A stretch of DNA of 64,000 nucleotides from Pseudomonadota bacterium (GTDB lineage: Bacteria > Desulfobacterota > JAPLJL01), in the NCBI GenBank assembly GCA_026388655.1, contig JAPLJI010000138.1:471-64470 (forward strand), read 5' to 3'. Numbering within the stretch: position 1 is the stretch's first letter; every line of letters starts with the position of its first letter. Below are positions 9,545-19,003 of this stretch, piece by piece. The position numbers were made by a program, and so were the translations under genes. The notes under the pieces were generated by a model. That model did no database searches, was not told the origin of the DNA, and was given only the letters and a program-made list of their open reading frames with translations.

Positions 9545-9726
9545 TCCGTGTATTTATCCCAGTTATACCGAGCCGGTTTTTTTCCAAAACACGATTTGCT
9601 TATCTTCCAAGCGTTGTTTCTGGTTCTGATTTCGTGGAGGAGAAGTATCGGACTTCGTCCGCTCAGTAATTCTTCAGAAAATCCGGACCGGGACAATCAG
9701 CCAGCGGATCCCAGCTCCTGATCCCC

Positions 9727-11187
9727 ATGGCAAAAATTTTATTAGCCAAGGGCACGATCCCGAAAACCATTGAATTGAAAATCGGCTATCCCCTGGGGAT
9801 TTTGTCCCTGGCCTCCGTTTTAAGAAAAAGAGGACACCGGGTAAAAATAGTAGATTGCCGATTCCAGCCGACGGATTTGGACTGGTTTCGCCGGGAGGTG
9901 GAAAGCTTTTCTCCGGATCTCGTGGGAATCTCCGGGCTGACCCCCGAGGCCGGGTCGATCCACGCGCTGGCCCGAATGGCCAAGGAAGCAAAGGTTCCGG
10001 CGGTAATAGCGGGCGGTCCTTACCCATCCTCGGATCCGGAGGCGGCGCTGTCCGATCCCAACCTTGATTACTTGATCCTGGGGGAAGGGGAGGAGACCGT
10101 CCTGGAGCTGGTGGGGAAACTGGAAGACGGACACGACATTCGGGGAGTTCGGGGAATCGCCTTCCGCGGGGAGGGAGCCGTGGCAATCAATCCCCCCCGT
10201 CCGCCGATTACCGACCTGGATGGGCTTCCTTTTCCGGCCTGGGATTTAATTGATCCCCGGAAATATTTCCGGGCCCTCCGAAGCGGGATGGTTAAACCGG
10301 GGAAATATGCCTCCATTTTTACCAGTCGGGGGTGCCCTTTTCAATGCATATTTTGTCATGGTCTTTTTGGCGAGAAATTCCGGGCCCGGTCCCCGCTCAA
10401 TATCTGGGAGGAGATCGAATGGTTGAAGAAAGACTACGGGATCGAGGAATTCCAAGTGGATGATGATTGCTTCAATTTTAACCGGAAAAGGGCGGGGGAT
10501 TTTTGCGATCTGGTCCTAAGTAAAAATCGACCGAGCCGGTTCCTTTTTCCTAACGGGTTGCGGGGGGACCTCCTGGACCGGGAAACGTTGGAAAAATTAA
10601 AAGCGATCGGAACATATTATCTCGCCCTGGCGGTGGAAACCGCCTCCCCCCGCCTGCAGGAATTGATCGGCAAAAGGCTGGATTTGAATAAAGTCGGGGA
10701 AGCCGCCCGGGAGTGCCGGCGCCTGGGTATTACCACCCTGGGGTTCTTTATGATTGGTTTCCCGACCGAAACCAGAGAAGAGGCGATGATGACTATTCGC
10801 TGGGCGGCTGAATCCAAGTTTGATCTGGCCGACTTCTTTATCCTCAACCCTTTCAAGGGAACCAGGGTTTATAAAAATTATGTCCAGCCGAAGTCTTTTT
10901 TACAGGAGGCGTATCCCAAGTTAAGGTTCGATTACCATAAAACTAATTTGAATCTCAGCGAAATTCGTGAGCGGGATCTCCCGGTCCTGCTGCGGCGGGC
11001 TTATCGAAGTTTTTATTTTCCCAGAATCCTCCGGATAGTTTTGGGTCCCCCGGGGAGAAGGTTGTCGCTTTGGCGGGGGTTGGTGATCCTGGCCAGTCGG
11101 GTTTGGTATGCAATCCTCGCTCCCGGGGAAAAGCCGGGGAAACAAATTCGGGAGGAAGGTGATGCTCGAAGCCGGCCAAATCAATAA
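9727..11187 (+). CDS. B12-binding radical SAM protein (subfamily I)
   Basis: FTSRGCPFQCIFCH, FRARSP, FPNGLRGD, ETASPRLQ, GFFMIGFPTET. Confidence 0.8.
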   Translation: MAKILLAKGTIPKTIELKIGYPLGILSLASVLRKRGHRVKIVDCRFQPTDLDWFRREVESFSPDLVGISGLTPEAGSIHALARMAKEAKVPAVIAGGPYPSSDPEAALSDPNLDYLILGEGEETVLELVGKLEDGHDIRGVRGIAFRGEGAVAINPPRPPITDLDGLPFPAWDLIDPRKYFRALRSGMVKPGKYASIFTSRGCPFQCIFCHGLFGEKFRARSPLNIWEEIEWLKKDYGIEEFQVDDDCFNFNRKRAGDFCDLVLSKNRPSRFLFPNGLRGDLLDRETLEKLKAIGTYYLALAVETASPRLQELIGKRLDLNKVGEAARECRRLGITTLGFFMIGFPTETREEAMMTIRWAAESKFDLADFFILNPFKGTRVYKNYVQPKSFLQEAYPKLRFDYHKTNLNLSEIRERDLPVLLRRAYRSFYFPRILRIVLGPPGRRLSLWRGLVILASRVWYAILAPGEKPGKQIREEGDARSRPNQ

Positions 11188-12025
11188 GAAATTTCTTCAA
11201 GTCGGTCAAGCCCGGATAGCCTTTTTCGAGAAAGGCGAGGGTCTCCCGATTGTTTTTATCCATGGACTCCCGACTTCGTCTTTCCTTTGGCGGGGGGTGG
11301 TGGAGATCGCCAGGAGCAAATTCAAATGCCTGGCCCTGGATCTTTTGGGAATGGGCGACACCGAGGTCGCTCTGAATCAGGATTATTCCATGCCGGCCCA
11401 GGCGGAAATTATCTACGGATTCCTGAAAGCCTTGAAAATACCGCAAGCGGCCATCGTCGCCCATGACCAGGGCGGGGCTTGTGCCCAGATTTTTGCGACC
11501 CGTTTTCCCCGCATGGTTTCGCATTTAATCCTGGTGGACTCGGTGGCCTATGATTACTGGCCCGTCTTTGAAGTGAGAAGAATGCAGCGGTGGTTGAAAA
11601 TACCCCCGGCCGTCTGGGCGTTGAACCTGGGTTTGAGGATTAACCGGATAAAAGTGGTAAGATTTATGTTCCGGAAGCTGGTTTTTAACCAATCGGTTCT
11701 TAGTGATGAAGTGATGGATGAATACTCAAGGACAATCGGCGCTGATCCGGAAAGGAGAGAGCGGTTTCGCAGGTTTGTTCTCGCCGGGGATGGCAAACAT
11801 ACCCTGGCGGCGGCTCCCGGTCTGGCGAAGTTTGACCGGCCCACGATGATCGTCTGGGCCGCGGAGGATAAGGTTTTGCCCGTCAGCTGGGGGGAGAGAT
11901 TGTATCGAGAGATTCCCGGGGCCCGGAGGTTCGAGCTCGTGCCGGGAGCCGGGCATCTGGTTCCCGAGGAAAAACCCGAGATTCTTGGCCGTCTGATTCT
12001 GGATTTTATCAGCTCGGAAAATTAG
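11162..12025 (+). CDS. Alpha/beta hydrolase with an Asp nucleophile (epoxide hydrolase / haloalkane dehalogenase-like)
   Basis: PIVFIHGLPTSSFLW oxyanion region. Nucleophile elbow VAHDQGGA (Asp rather than Ser). GGAGGA ribosome-binding site before the ATG at 11162. Overlaps the upstream gene by 26 nt. Confidence 0.6.
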   Translation: MLEAGQINKKFLQVGQARIAFFEKGEGLPIVFIHGLPTSSFLWRGVVEIARSKFKCLALDLLGMGDTEVALNQDYSMPAQAEIIYGFLKALKIPQAAIVAHDQGGACAQIFATRFPRMVSHLILVDSVAYDYWPVFEVRRMQRWLKIPPAVWALNLGLRINRIKVVRFMFRKLVFNQSVLSDEVMDEYSRTIGADPERRERFRRFVLAGDGKHTLAAAPGLAKFDRPTMIVWAAEDKVLPVSWGERLYREIPGARRFELVPGAGHLVPEEKPEILGRLILDFISSEN

Positions 12026-12122
12026 CTTTTAGACATCAATAATTTTGACCTTGGCTAGAAATTCGTCATTAGAAATTAGGAATTTATGAGGATCAGTTCG
12101 CTGCGGGTTACCCTCAACTAAG

Positions 12123-13679
12123 ATGGTAATAGTCTTCGTCTATTGCACCTACGAAGGTCCGGGAATCGAATACCTGTCCGCGGTACTAAAGGCGGCCGGC
12201 CACGAAACCTATCTCCTCTACGACCCCCGGTTGTTTGCCCGCGAGGAAGGCCTTCCCACCAGTAAATTATTAGCCCGCTGGTTCGATCAGCGGAAGCTTT
12301 TCCGCCGGCAGTTAAACGACTATCATCCGGATCTGGTCGCCTTCTCGGTGGTGTGCGCGGATTATCTCTGGGCCTGCGAGACCGCCAAGATGATCAAGGA
12401 ATGGATGAACGTTCCGATCGTCTTTGGAAACATTCATCCGACCGTGATCCCCGAAAAAGTCCTGAAGAATGATTTCGTTGATTTCGTGGTGGTCGGGGAA
12501 GGGGAATACGCCCTCCTGGACCTGGTGGACAGCCTTGCCGCCAAGGAGAGGGATTATTCCATCAAGAATGTCTGGTCGAAAAAGGGGGGGGAGATCGTTT
12601 CCAATCCTCTCCGCCCTCTAATCAGCGACCTGGATTCCCTGCCTTTTCCCGACCGGGACCTGTTCCGCCGGGTCGGCCGGCCTTTTGACATCGGGATCAT
12701 GGCCCTGGGGAGAAGGGGATGTAAAAACGCCTGCCCCTATTGCAGCAACAGCTTTCGGCGCAAGCTTTATTTTGGAGATGATTATCTAAATCCCGCTTAT
12801 TTGCGGAGAAGAAGCGTGGCCAACCTGATCAAGGAATTGAAGGAGGCCAAGGAGAAATACGGATACAAGTTGATCAGGTTTAACGATGACGACCTGGCGG
12901 AAAACGAGCAATGGTTAAAGGAGTTTCACCAGGAATACAAACGGGAAATCGGGGTGCCATACAAATGCTTTGTCAACCCAGAGTCCATCAATGAAAACAC
13001 GATCCGATACCTGAAAGAATCGAACTGCGGGGAGATCCAGTTCGGGATGCAGTCAACCAATCCCCAGACCCGGCGGGAAGTGTTAAGAAGGTATTATTCC
13101 AACGAACAGGTCGCCCGGGTGATCAAGTTAATCCGGGAGAGCGGGATCCCGTTCTTCATCGATAACCTGGTGGGGCTCCCGGGAGAGTCCGGCGAGGATT
13201 TGGTCAACATGGTCAAATATTATGCCGAAAACCCGGGCGGATACATAAATACCTACTGGCTGCTTTATTTTGCCGGGCACGACATGGTCCAGATCGGGAA
13301 AGACCGGGGAGCGGTCGACAACCGCGATGAGGAGAAATTCCAGGCTTCCCCGTTTTCGGATACCAATGTAATCAGGCCGGAGGTTCATCAGCGCCGACTG
13401 GAGAGATATCAGATTCTCGCGAGGGTATATAACTATTTTCCCCTGCCGGTCACCAGGTTTATCATCAAGCATAAACTTTACCGGTTTTTCCCGGGTTTTG
13501 ATTTTACCCTGTTTTTCCGAAGGCTGCGCGTATTCAAAATAACCCGGAAGGATGCCTTTCCCAATCCCAAGGATGGTTTCGAACTCATCCATCTGAGACG
13601 GCGGGATGAATATTTATTTCATCTCTCCAACAAAATTAAATCCTTATTCGATTGGGATGGGCTTCGCCGGGTCAAGTAA
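12123..13679 (+). CDS. B12-binding radical SAM protein
   Basis: GRRGCKNACPYC motif. FPDRDLF motif shared with the 7297 gene. 518 aa. Confidence 0.75.
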   Translation: MVIVFVYCTYEGPGIEYLSAVLKAAGHETYLLYDPRLFAREEGLPTSKLLARWFDQRKLFRRQLNDYHPDLVAFSVVCADYLWACETAKMIKEWMNVPIVFGNIHPTVIPEKVLKNDFVDFVVVGEGEYALLDLVDSLAAKERDYSIKNVWSKKGGEIVSNPLRPLISDLDSLPFPDRDLFRRVGRPFDIGIMALGRRGCKNACPYCSNSFRRKLYFGDDYLNPAYLRRRSVANLIKELKEAKEKYGYKLIRFNDDDLAENEQWLKEFHQEYKREIGVPYKCFVNPESINENTIRYLKESNCGEIQFGMQSTNPQTRREVLRRYYSNEQVARVIKLIRESGIPFFIDNLVGLPGESGEDLVNMVKYYAENPGGYINTYWLLYFAGHDMVQIGKDRGAVDNRDEEKFQASPFSDTNVIRPEVHQRRLERYQILARVYNYFPLPVTRFIIKHKLYRFFPGFDFTLFFRRLRVFKITRKDAFPNPKDGFELIHLRRRDEYLFHLSNKIKSLFDWDGLRRVK

Positions 13680-13741
13680 TTCCAGTCCTATTTATATTTT
13701 CCTCCTTTTTGATTTTATGAGACCGTTGCCAAAACCCTCGA

Positions 13742-14082
13742 TATGTCATCCTGAGTCTTTCGCTTTTTGTCATTCCTTCATTTCATTCAGGACGGCGCCT
13801 GAACCCTTCATTTTCTGTCATTCTGAACCCTTCACTCACTGTCATTCTGAACCCTTCACTCACTGTCATTCTGAACGAAGTGAAGAATCTCAATGCGTTC
13901 AGGGTAAACTCCGTGAAGAATCTCAAGGCGTTCAGGGTAAACTCCGTGAAGAATCTCAAGGCACTCGGATAAACATCGCGAAGGATCTGGTTTCTCGGAT
14001 TTCTCCGATGGAAGAGAGATTCTTCGCCCTTCGACAGGATTCCCGCCGTTTCACATGGGACACGCAGGGCTCAGAATGACAG
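13742..14082. repeat. MITE-like composite repeat. Imperfect terminal inverted repeats (tgtcatCctgag ... ctcagaatgaca) flank a 24-nt periodic array (tgtcattctgaacccttcactcac, 6 units, the last 3 near-perfect) and 33-nt tandem units (gcgttcagggtaaactccgtgaagaatctcaag, 2 full copies plus a partial third) in partial inverted orientation.
   Basis: Repeat units read directly from the sequence. No coding potential: the six-frame ORF 13606..14079 is an artefact of the repeats. It sits in a 450 bp gap between two rSAM genes. Confidence 0.5.
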
Positions 14083-14132
14083 AAAAAGCTTTTTGCCACG
14101 GTCTCTTTATAATTAAATAGGGATATGCCGTA

Positions 14133-15545
14133 ATGCCCAGGGTTCTTCTCATCCGAACCGATTCTCGATCGATCCCGAGGGTATTATCCCCCCCGCTCGG
14201 AATCATGTATCTGGCCTCCGCCCTCAAATTCTGGGCCCGCCATGATTTCCAGGTCGAGGTGTTCGATCAGCGCCTCTTCCGGAAGCCTTTCCCCGCGCTT
14301 CAACGCTGGCTCCAGGAGTTTCGGCCTGACTTGGTCGGGTTAAGCACCCTTACTTTTGAAGACCGCGAGATGCGCCAGACGGCGGACCTGGTTAAAAAAT
14401 TTTCTCCGCGCTGCCCGGTGATCGTGGGCGGGCCCCATGGCACGATTTTCTATCCGGAAATCCTGACGGATGGAAACATTGATTTTGTCGTCGTGGGGGA
14501 GGGGGAGAAAAGCTTCGTCGAGCTGGCCGACGCCCTGGCGGAGGACGGGAAAAATGTTCCGCCCCCTCCCGGAGTGGCGTATCGTCAGGAGGAAAAGGCG
14601 GTTTTCCCGGGGGGGCGGGAGCCCATTACTGACCCGGACTCGATCCCTTTCCCGGCCTGGGATCTGGTTGATCTCGACCGGTATCCCCGTTTCGCGGATT
14701 TTAACGGGGGCCTGGGAAAAGGAAGATACATGGGGATTTTTACCTCCCGCGCCTGTCCCTACCAGTGCATCTACTGCCATTCGGTTTTTGGCAAGGGGTT
14801 CCGGGCCCGGAGCCCCGAAAATGTCATGAAGGAAATTGACACCTTGGTTTCTCAATTCCAGGTAAAAGAATTTCAGGTATTCGATGATTGTTTTAATCTC
14901 GATCGGGATCGGGTTATCGCGATCGCGAAGTTGATCGTGGACCGGGACTATGGGATCAGGCTTTCCTTCACCTTCGGGCTCCGGGGGGATCTATTGGACG
15001 AGGAGGTATTGACCTGGTTAAGAAGGGCGGGGGGGTATTCCATCACGATCGCGATCGAAACCGCCTCACCGCGGTTGCAAGAAATGATCGGGAAAAACCT
15101 TGACCTGGAGAAGGTCAAGGCCGCGATTGTTACCGCCGATCGTCTGGGATTCCTGGTCAAGGGGCTTTTCATGCTCGGTTTTCCCACCGAAACCCGGGAA
15201 GAGCTGGAAGCCACGGCCCGATTAGCCAGGGAGCTGCCCTTGTTCAACGCTTCTTTCTTCACGGTGGTTCCCTTCGCGAAAACGCCGATGTGGGAGATGT
15301 TTCAAACCGCGTATCCGGGGTATAATATTGATTACCAGCACCATCATTACCTTTTGTCTAAGGATCGAAATCCTTTCTATCCCGGCGCCGGCGTTAACCT
15401 GCGCCGGTTTCAAAAGTCGGCCCATGTAAAATTTTATCTGTTTAATCCGGGGCGGATAATCAAAGCGTTCATCCGGGCCCCCAATCCCTGGGGTTATTTA
15501 CTGAGGAATATTCTGAGAGGAATCAGGATCGTTTTATTTCATTGA
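14133..15545 (+). CDS. B12-binding radical SAM protein (subfamily I)
   Basis: FTSRACPYQCIYCH, FRARSP, GLRGD, ETASPRLQ, GLFMLGFPTET. Confidence 0.8.
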   Translation: MPRVLLIRTDSRSIPRVLSPPLGIMYLASALKFWARHDFQVEVFDQRLFRKPFPALQRWLQEFRPDLVGLSTLTFEDREMRQTADLVKKFSPRCPVIVGGPHGTIFYPEILTDGNIDFVVVGEGEKSFVELADALAEDGKNVPPPPGVAYRQEEKAVFPGGREPITDPDSIPFPAWDLVDLDRYPRFADFNGGLGKGRYMGIFTSRACPYQCIYCHSVFGKGFRARSPENVMKEIDTLVSQFQVKEFQVFDDCFNLDRDRVIAIAKLIVDRDYGIRLSFTFGLRGDLLDEEVLTWLRRAGGYSITIAIETASPRLQEMIGKNLDLEKVKAAIVTADRLGFLVKGLFMLGFPTETREELEATARLARELPLFNASFFTVVPFAKTPMWEMFQTAYPGYNIDYQHHHYLLSKDRNPFYPGAGVNLRRFQKSAHVKFYLFNPGRIIKAFIRAPNPWGYLLRNILRGIRIVLFH

Positions 15546-15560
15546 GTTTTTCCAAAAAAC

Positions 15561-17183
15561 ATGGGGAGAAAGCTGGCTATATTTTTTCAGGATTCCCTGG
15601 CCGGGGTTCGGGAAAAGGACCGTGGGGTGATTTTTTTCATCTTGTTGGCCGCCCTGGTTTTGCGAATCCGGGGTTTCGATCTACTTCTGCCCTACTTTGA
15701 AAGCGGCCCGGACGAAAGGTTTATTATCGAGCCTGCCCTCAATATCTTGAAGACCGGGGATCTGAACCCCCATTTTTTCTGGTATGGGTCCTTTCCGATC
15801 TATTGGACCACCCTGTTATATGGTCTGGTGTTGGGAGTCAGGTGTTGGGTATTGGGTGGGATAAATACAATTGGGGAATGCATAAATAATTTCGGGGTTT
15901 ACGATCAGGGATTTTTGCTTTTTTATCTCGGCCGGATCACCTCGATCGGATTCGGCCTGGCGACCATTTACCTGACCTGCCTGCTGGGGAAGAGGTTATT
16001 CAATCGGGAAACCGGCTATTTGGCCGCCTTTTTCCTGTCCATATCTCCCCTCCATATTTATTTTTCGCAGATTTTTAAGGTCGAGATTTCCCTGGTCTTC
16101 TGGATTCTTTTGGCTCTTTATTTTTCCTTAAAAATTTATCAAGGGGGCACATTTAAAGATTATTTATGGACCGGGATTGCCTCCGGATTGGCCCTGGGAA
16201 CGAAATATAACTTTATCGTTTTATTTCCCTTCCTGATTTTGTTATTCCGGTCCGGGATTTCCCTGAGTCAGCGCTTGAAAATGGGGTTCCTGACCCTCTA
16301 CATCGCTTTTTTTACTTTTATCATAACCTGTCCATATATATTGATTGATTTCCCCCACTTTTATAGTGAAATCAAATTGTTCTTTACTCATCCGGGTTTA
16401 TTTATTTATGGAAATGTCAAAACTTCCTCTGCGTTGCCATTATGGCTTTACCGACTGATCTTCCTGTTTCCTTTATACTTCAATCCCTTGATTTTTGTAA
16501 TTTCATTTGGGGGGATGGCTAAATTTATCCGTTCGGATCGTTTCCAGGGAATGATCTTTTTAAGCTTTCCGGCGGCCTATTTTATCTTTTCCTCCATTTT
16601 CAGCCCTTACCTGGTGCCGCAATACCAATTCCCCCTGTTTCCTTTTGTCGCTCTGGCCGGGGCAGCGGCTCAAGCCGGGATCATAAAAAGCCGGGTAAAA
16701 TGGGTTAGGCTGACCGGGTGGGGAATTCTCCTGCTTTCGACCGGTTTCTTTTTGTCCGATTTGAAATATTCCCATCTGAATGAGATCTCCCGGCCTTTCC
16801 GGGAAGCCGGGAGGTGGGTGGAAAATAATATTCCCCGGGACAGCCGGGTGCTCACCTACTGGTGGGTCTATCCTCCGACCGATCATTTTGGCTTTGCCCG
16901 GGAGAGCAATTATCGAAAGGCCGCCGATTTGTCGGAGGCAGAGCTGAAAAAGACGAATCCGGAGTGGATCGTGCTGGTGGACTCCGAAGTCTTTCGGAGC
17001 CAACGATATACGCAAACCTTTGCCGAATATGCCCGACTTTTACAGGGTTTGTCGGCCGGAAAACTGGGGGATTACCGGGTGCGGGCGGATTTCTCTCCGG
17101 CGCCATTATGGGGGAAACTGACGGGGTTTTTATATCATGAATTCCGGGGCTTCCGAATCCTGATTTATCAGAAAAGCGTTTAG
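15561..17183 (+). CDS. GT-C fold membrane glycosyltransferase, PMT/ArnT-like (GT39/83, PMT_2-type)
   Basis: Multi-pass membrane protein. Loop-1 DE motif (GPDERF). NPHFFWYGSFPIYWTT. LGTKYNF. 540 aa. Confidence 0.7.
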   Translation: MGRKLAIFFQDSLAGVREKDRGVIFFILLAALVLRIRGFDLLLPYFESGPDERFIIEPALNILKTGDLNPHFFWYGSFPIYWTTLLYGLVLGVRCWVLGGINTIGECINNFGVYDQGFLLFYLGRITSIGFGLATIYLTCLLGKRLFNRETGYLAAFFLSISPLHIYFSQIFKVEISLVFWILLALYFSLKIYQGGTFKDYLWTGIASGLALGTKYNFIVLFPFLILLFRSGISLSQRLKMGFLTLYIAFFTFIITCPYILIDFPHFYSEIKLFFTHPGLFIYGNVKTSSALPLWLYRLIFLFPLYFNPLIFVISFGGMAKFIRSDRFQGMIFLSFPAAYFIFSSIFSPYLVPQYQFPLFPFVALAGAAAQAGIIKSRVKWVRLTGWGILLLSTGFFLSDLKYSHLNEISRPFREAGRWVENNIPRDSRVLTYWWVYPPTDHFGFARESNYRKAADLSEAELKKTNPEWIVLVDSEVFRSQRYTQTFAEYARLLQGLSAGKLGDYRVRADFSPAPLWGKLTGFLYHEFRGFRILIYQKSV

Positions 17184-17224
17184 AAAATCTCCTTTTTGAG
17201 CTCGAAAAATGCAGTTAACATTTT

Positions 17225-17400
17225 AACGCATTATGTAGTTGCCCGATTTATTTATCCCGACTCCAGAGGGATTTATCAAGATATCGGAGGGATCGGGCGC
17301 TTTTTAAAACCGCCGATCCCCCCAGCGAAGGGACAAGTGAATCGGCAAACCACAAAAAAACGCTTGGGTAAGACGGTAAGATTAGATCAACTGAATTTTC
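17225..17400 (+). repeat. Conserved noncoding element, copy 1 of 2 (about 75-80% identical to 43240-43430), with a conserved hairpin and alternative-pairing potential
   Basis: attatgtagttgcccgatttatttatcccgactccagagggatttatc ... ctttttaaaa ... gtgaatcggca aligns with the second copy with indels and without a conserved reading frame. Confidence 0.4.
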
Positions 17401-17411
17401 CAGGTTAAAAG

Positions 17412-19001
17412 ATGACTCAGCGAATCATTCAAAGATTAAACCGGGATCGCATTCTCCTCCCGCTTTTACTCCTGCTCGCGCTGCTTTTCCGGCTGCCTCA
17501 TCTGAATTTTTTACTCCCCTACTTTGAGTACGGCGACGAGCGGGATGTGGTGGAAGCGGCCTTGAGGATCCTGAAAAGCGGAGATCCGAATCCCCATTTT
17601 TTCTGGTATGGGTCTTTTCCGATCTACTGGACCACCCTGTTATATGGCCTGGTGCTGGGAGTCAGGTGTTGGGTGTCGGGTGGGATAAATACAATTGGGG
17701 AATGCATAAATAATTTCGGGGTTTACGATCAGGGATTTTTGCTTTTTTATCTCGGTCGGATCACCTCGATCGGATTCGGCCTGGCGACCATTTACCTGAC
17801 CTGCCTTCTGGGCAGGAAATTGTTCAGCCGGCAAACGGGATACCTGGCCGCCCTTTTTCTGGCCATTTCTCCGTTTCATGTCTTTTTTTCCCAGGTTTTC
17901 AAGGTAGACATGTCGCTTTTGTTCTGGATCCTCCTGACCGTTCATTTTTCCCTCAACATTTACGAGCGGGGGGGGCTTAAGGATTTTGTCTGGGCGGGCG
18001 TGTGCGGGGGCCTGGCGCTTTCCACCAAGTATAATTTCTTCGCCTTCCTGCCCATCCTGCTTGCGGTGGGCTTGAAAACGGGAGGGCGGGGATGGTTTTC
18101 GGGAAAATTCCTTTTTTGCGGCTATATAGCGGCCGTCGTATTTTTAATTACCTGCCCATATTCGGTTTTGGATTTTGATACATTTCGAAATCAGCTCGGG
18201 GTGCAGATGGGCCTGAACCAGCAACATCTAATTCAGTTTCGAACCGATCCCTCCAGTTTTTTATACCGGCGGTTTTTTTACCAGATTTTTATTCTTTTTC
18301 CTTTCTTCTTTGGACCCTTAATCTGTCTGGCCGCTTCCCTGGGACTGGTTCGTTTTCTCCGGAAGGACTGGCGGAAATCACTGATTTTTATCTCGTTTCC
18401 CGTTATTTACTTTGTTTTTTCCGGCAGTGTTTCACAATTAGCCATGCCTCAGTATCAACTCCCTTATTTACCCTTTGTCGTTATCCTGGGGGTGGAGGCC
18501 ATGCGGTTTTTTCTCGCCGGCTCGAACCGGTCTCGCTGGGCCGGCGGCTTGCTCCTCGGCCTTTCTTTATTATTTTTCCTTTCGGATCTATGGGTTCCCC
18601 ATTTCCAGGGACAGTTCCAGGTTTATCGGAAAGCGGGGGGGTGGATAAATCAAGAAATCCCCAAGGATAAGAAGGTGGCGACTTATTTCGGGGTCTACAG
18701 CTCCACCCGTCATTTTGGCTTCCAGAATGAACTGGTTGTCCGGCGGGCCACCGATTTTTCCCTGGCCGGGCTGGAAAAATATGATCCGGATTTCCTGGTG
18801 ACTACCGAGTCTTCAATCTTTCAAGAGGAACGCTTTAAAAAGTCCTTCCAGGGTTACCGGGAGGTAATGCAGGCCATCTCCCGCGAGGAAAAATATCGGC
18901 TGGTTCGCAGTTTCCGGCCCGAGGGGGGCTGGGAATCTTGGGCCGGGATAGTGTATCCGGAGATTAAGGGTTTCCGGATCAGCATATATAAAAAGGAATA
19001 G
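17412..19001 (+). CDS. GT-C fold membrane glycosyltransferase, PMT/ArnT-like (tandem paralog of the 15561 gene)
   Basis: YGDERDVVEAALRIL, NPHFFWYGSFPIYWTT, LSTKYNF. 529 aa. Confidence 0.7.
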   Translation: MTQRIIQRLNRDRILLPLLLLLALLFRLPHLNFLLPYFEYGDERDVVEAALRILKSGDPNPHFFWYGSFPIYWTTLLYGLVLGVRCWVSGGINTIGECINNFGVYDQGFLLFYLGRITSIGFGLATIYLTCLLGRKLFSRQTGYLAALFLAISPFHVFFSQVFKVDMSLLFWILLTVHFSLNIYERGGLKDFVWAGVCGGLALSTKYNFFAFLPILLAVGLKTGGRGWFSGKFLFCGYIAAVVFLITCPYSVLDFDTFRNQLGVQMGLNQQHLIQFRTDPSSFLYRRFFYQIFILFPFFFGPLICLAASLGLVRFLRKDWRKSLIFISFPVIYFVFSGSVSQLAMPQYQLPYLPFVVILGVEAMRFFLAGSNRSRWAGGLLLGLSLLFFLSDLWVPHFQGQFQVYRKAGGWINQEIPKDKKVATYFGVYSSTRHFGFQNELVVRRATDFSLAGLEKYDPDFLVTTESSIFQEERFKKSFQGYREVMQAISREEKYRLVRSFRPEGGWESWAGIVYPEIKGFRISIYKKE

Positions 19002-19003
19002 TA

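Noticed and set aside
13606-14079. 157-aa ORF spanning the repeat block
   Set aside because: Its sequence is simply the translation of the tandem 24-nt and 33-nt repeats (FTHCHSEPFTHCHSE..., QGVQGKLREESQGVQGKLREES). It has no ribosome-binding site or gene context and is better explained as a non-coding repeat element.
13742-14082. CRISPR array
   Set aside because: The repeat units are directly contiguous and degenerate, with no unique spacers of constant length, and no cas genes lie nearby.
17270-17320. Resemblance of copy 1 (UUAUCAAGA...GGAGGGAUCGGGC) to the SAM-I (S-box) riboswitch core
   Set aside because: The key S-box blocks (CUGGCCC, GAUGA kink-turn, CCCGGCAACC) are absent, and the resembling bases are not conserved in copy 2.
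17196-17408. 70-aa ORF inside the duplicated noncoding element
   Set aside because: The second copy (43240-43430) has indels that destroy the frame and no corresponding ORF. Conservation is therefore at the nucleotide or structure level, not the protein level.
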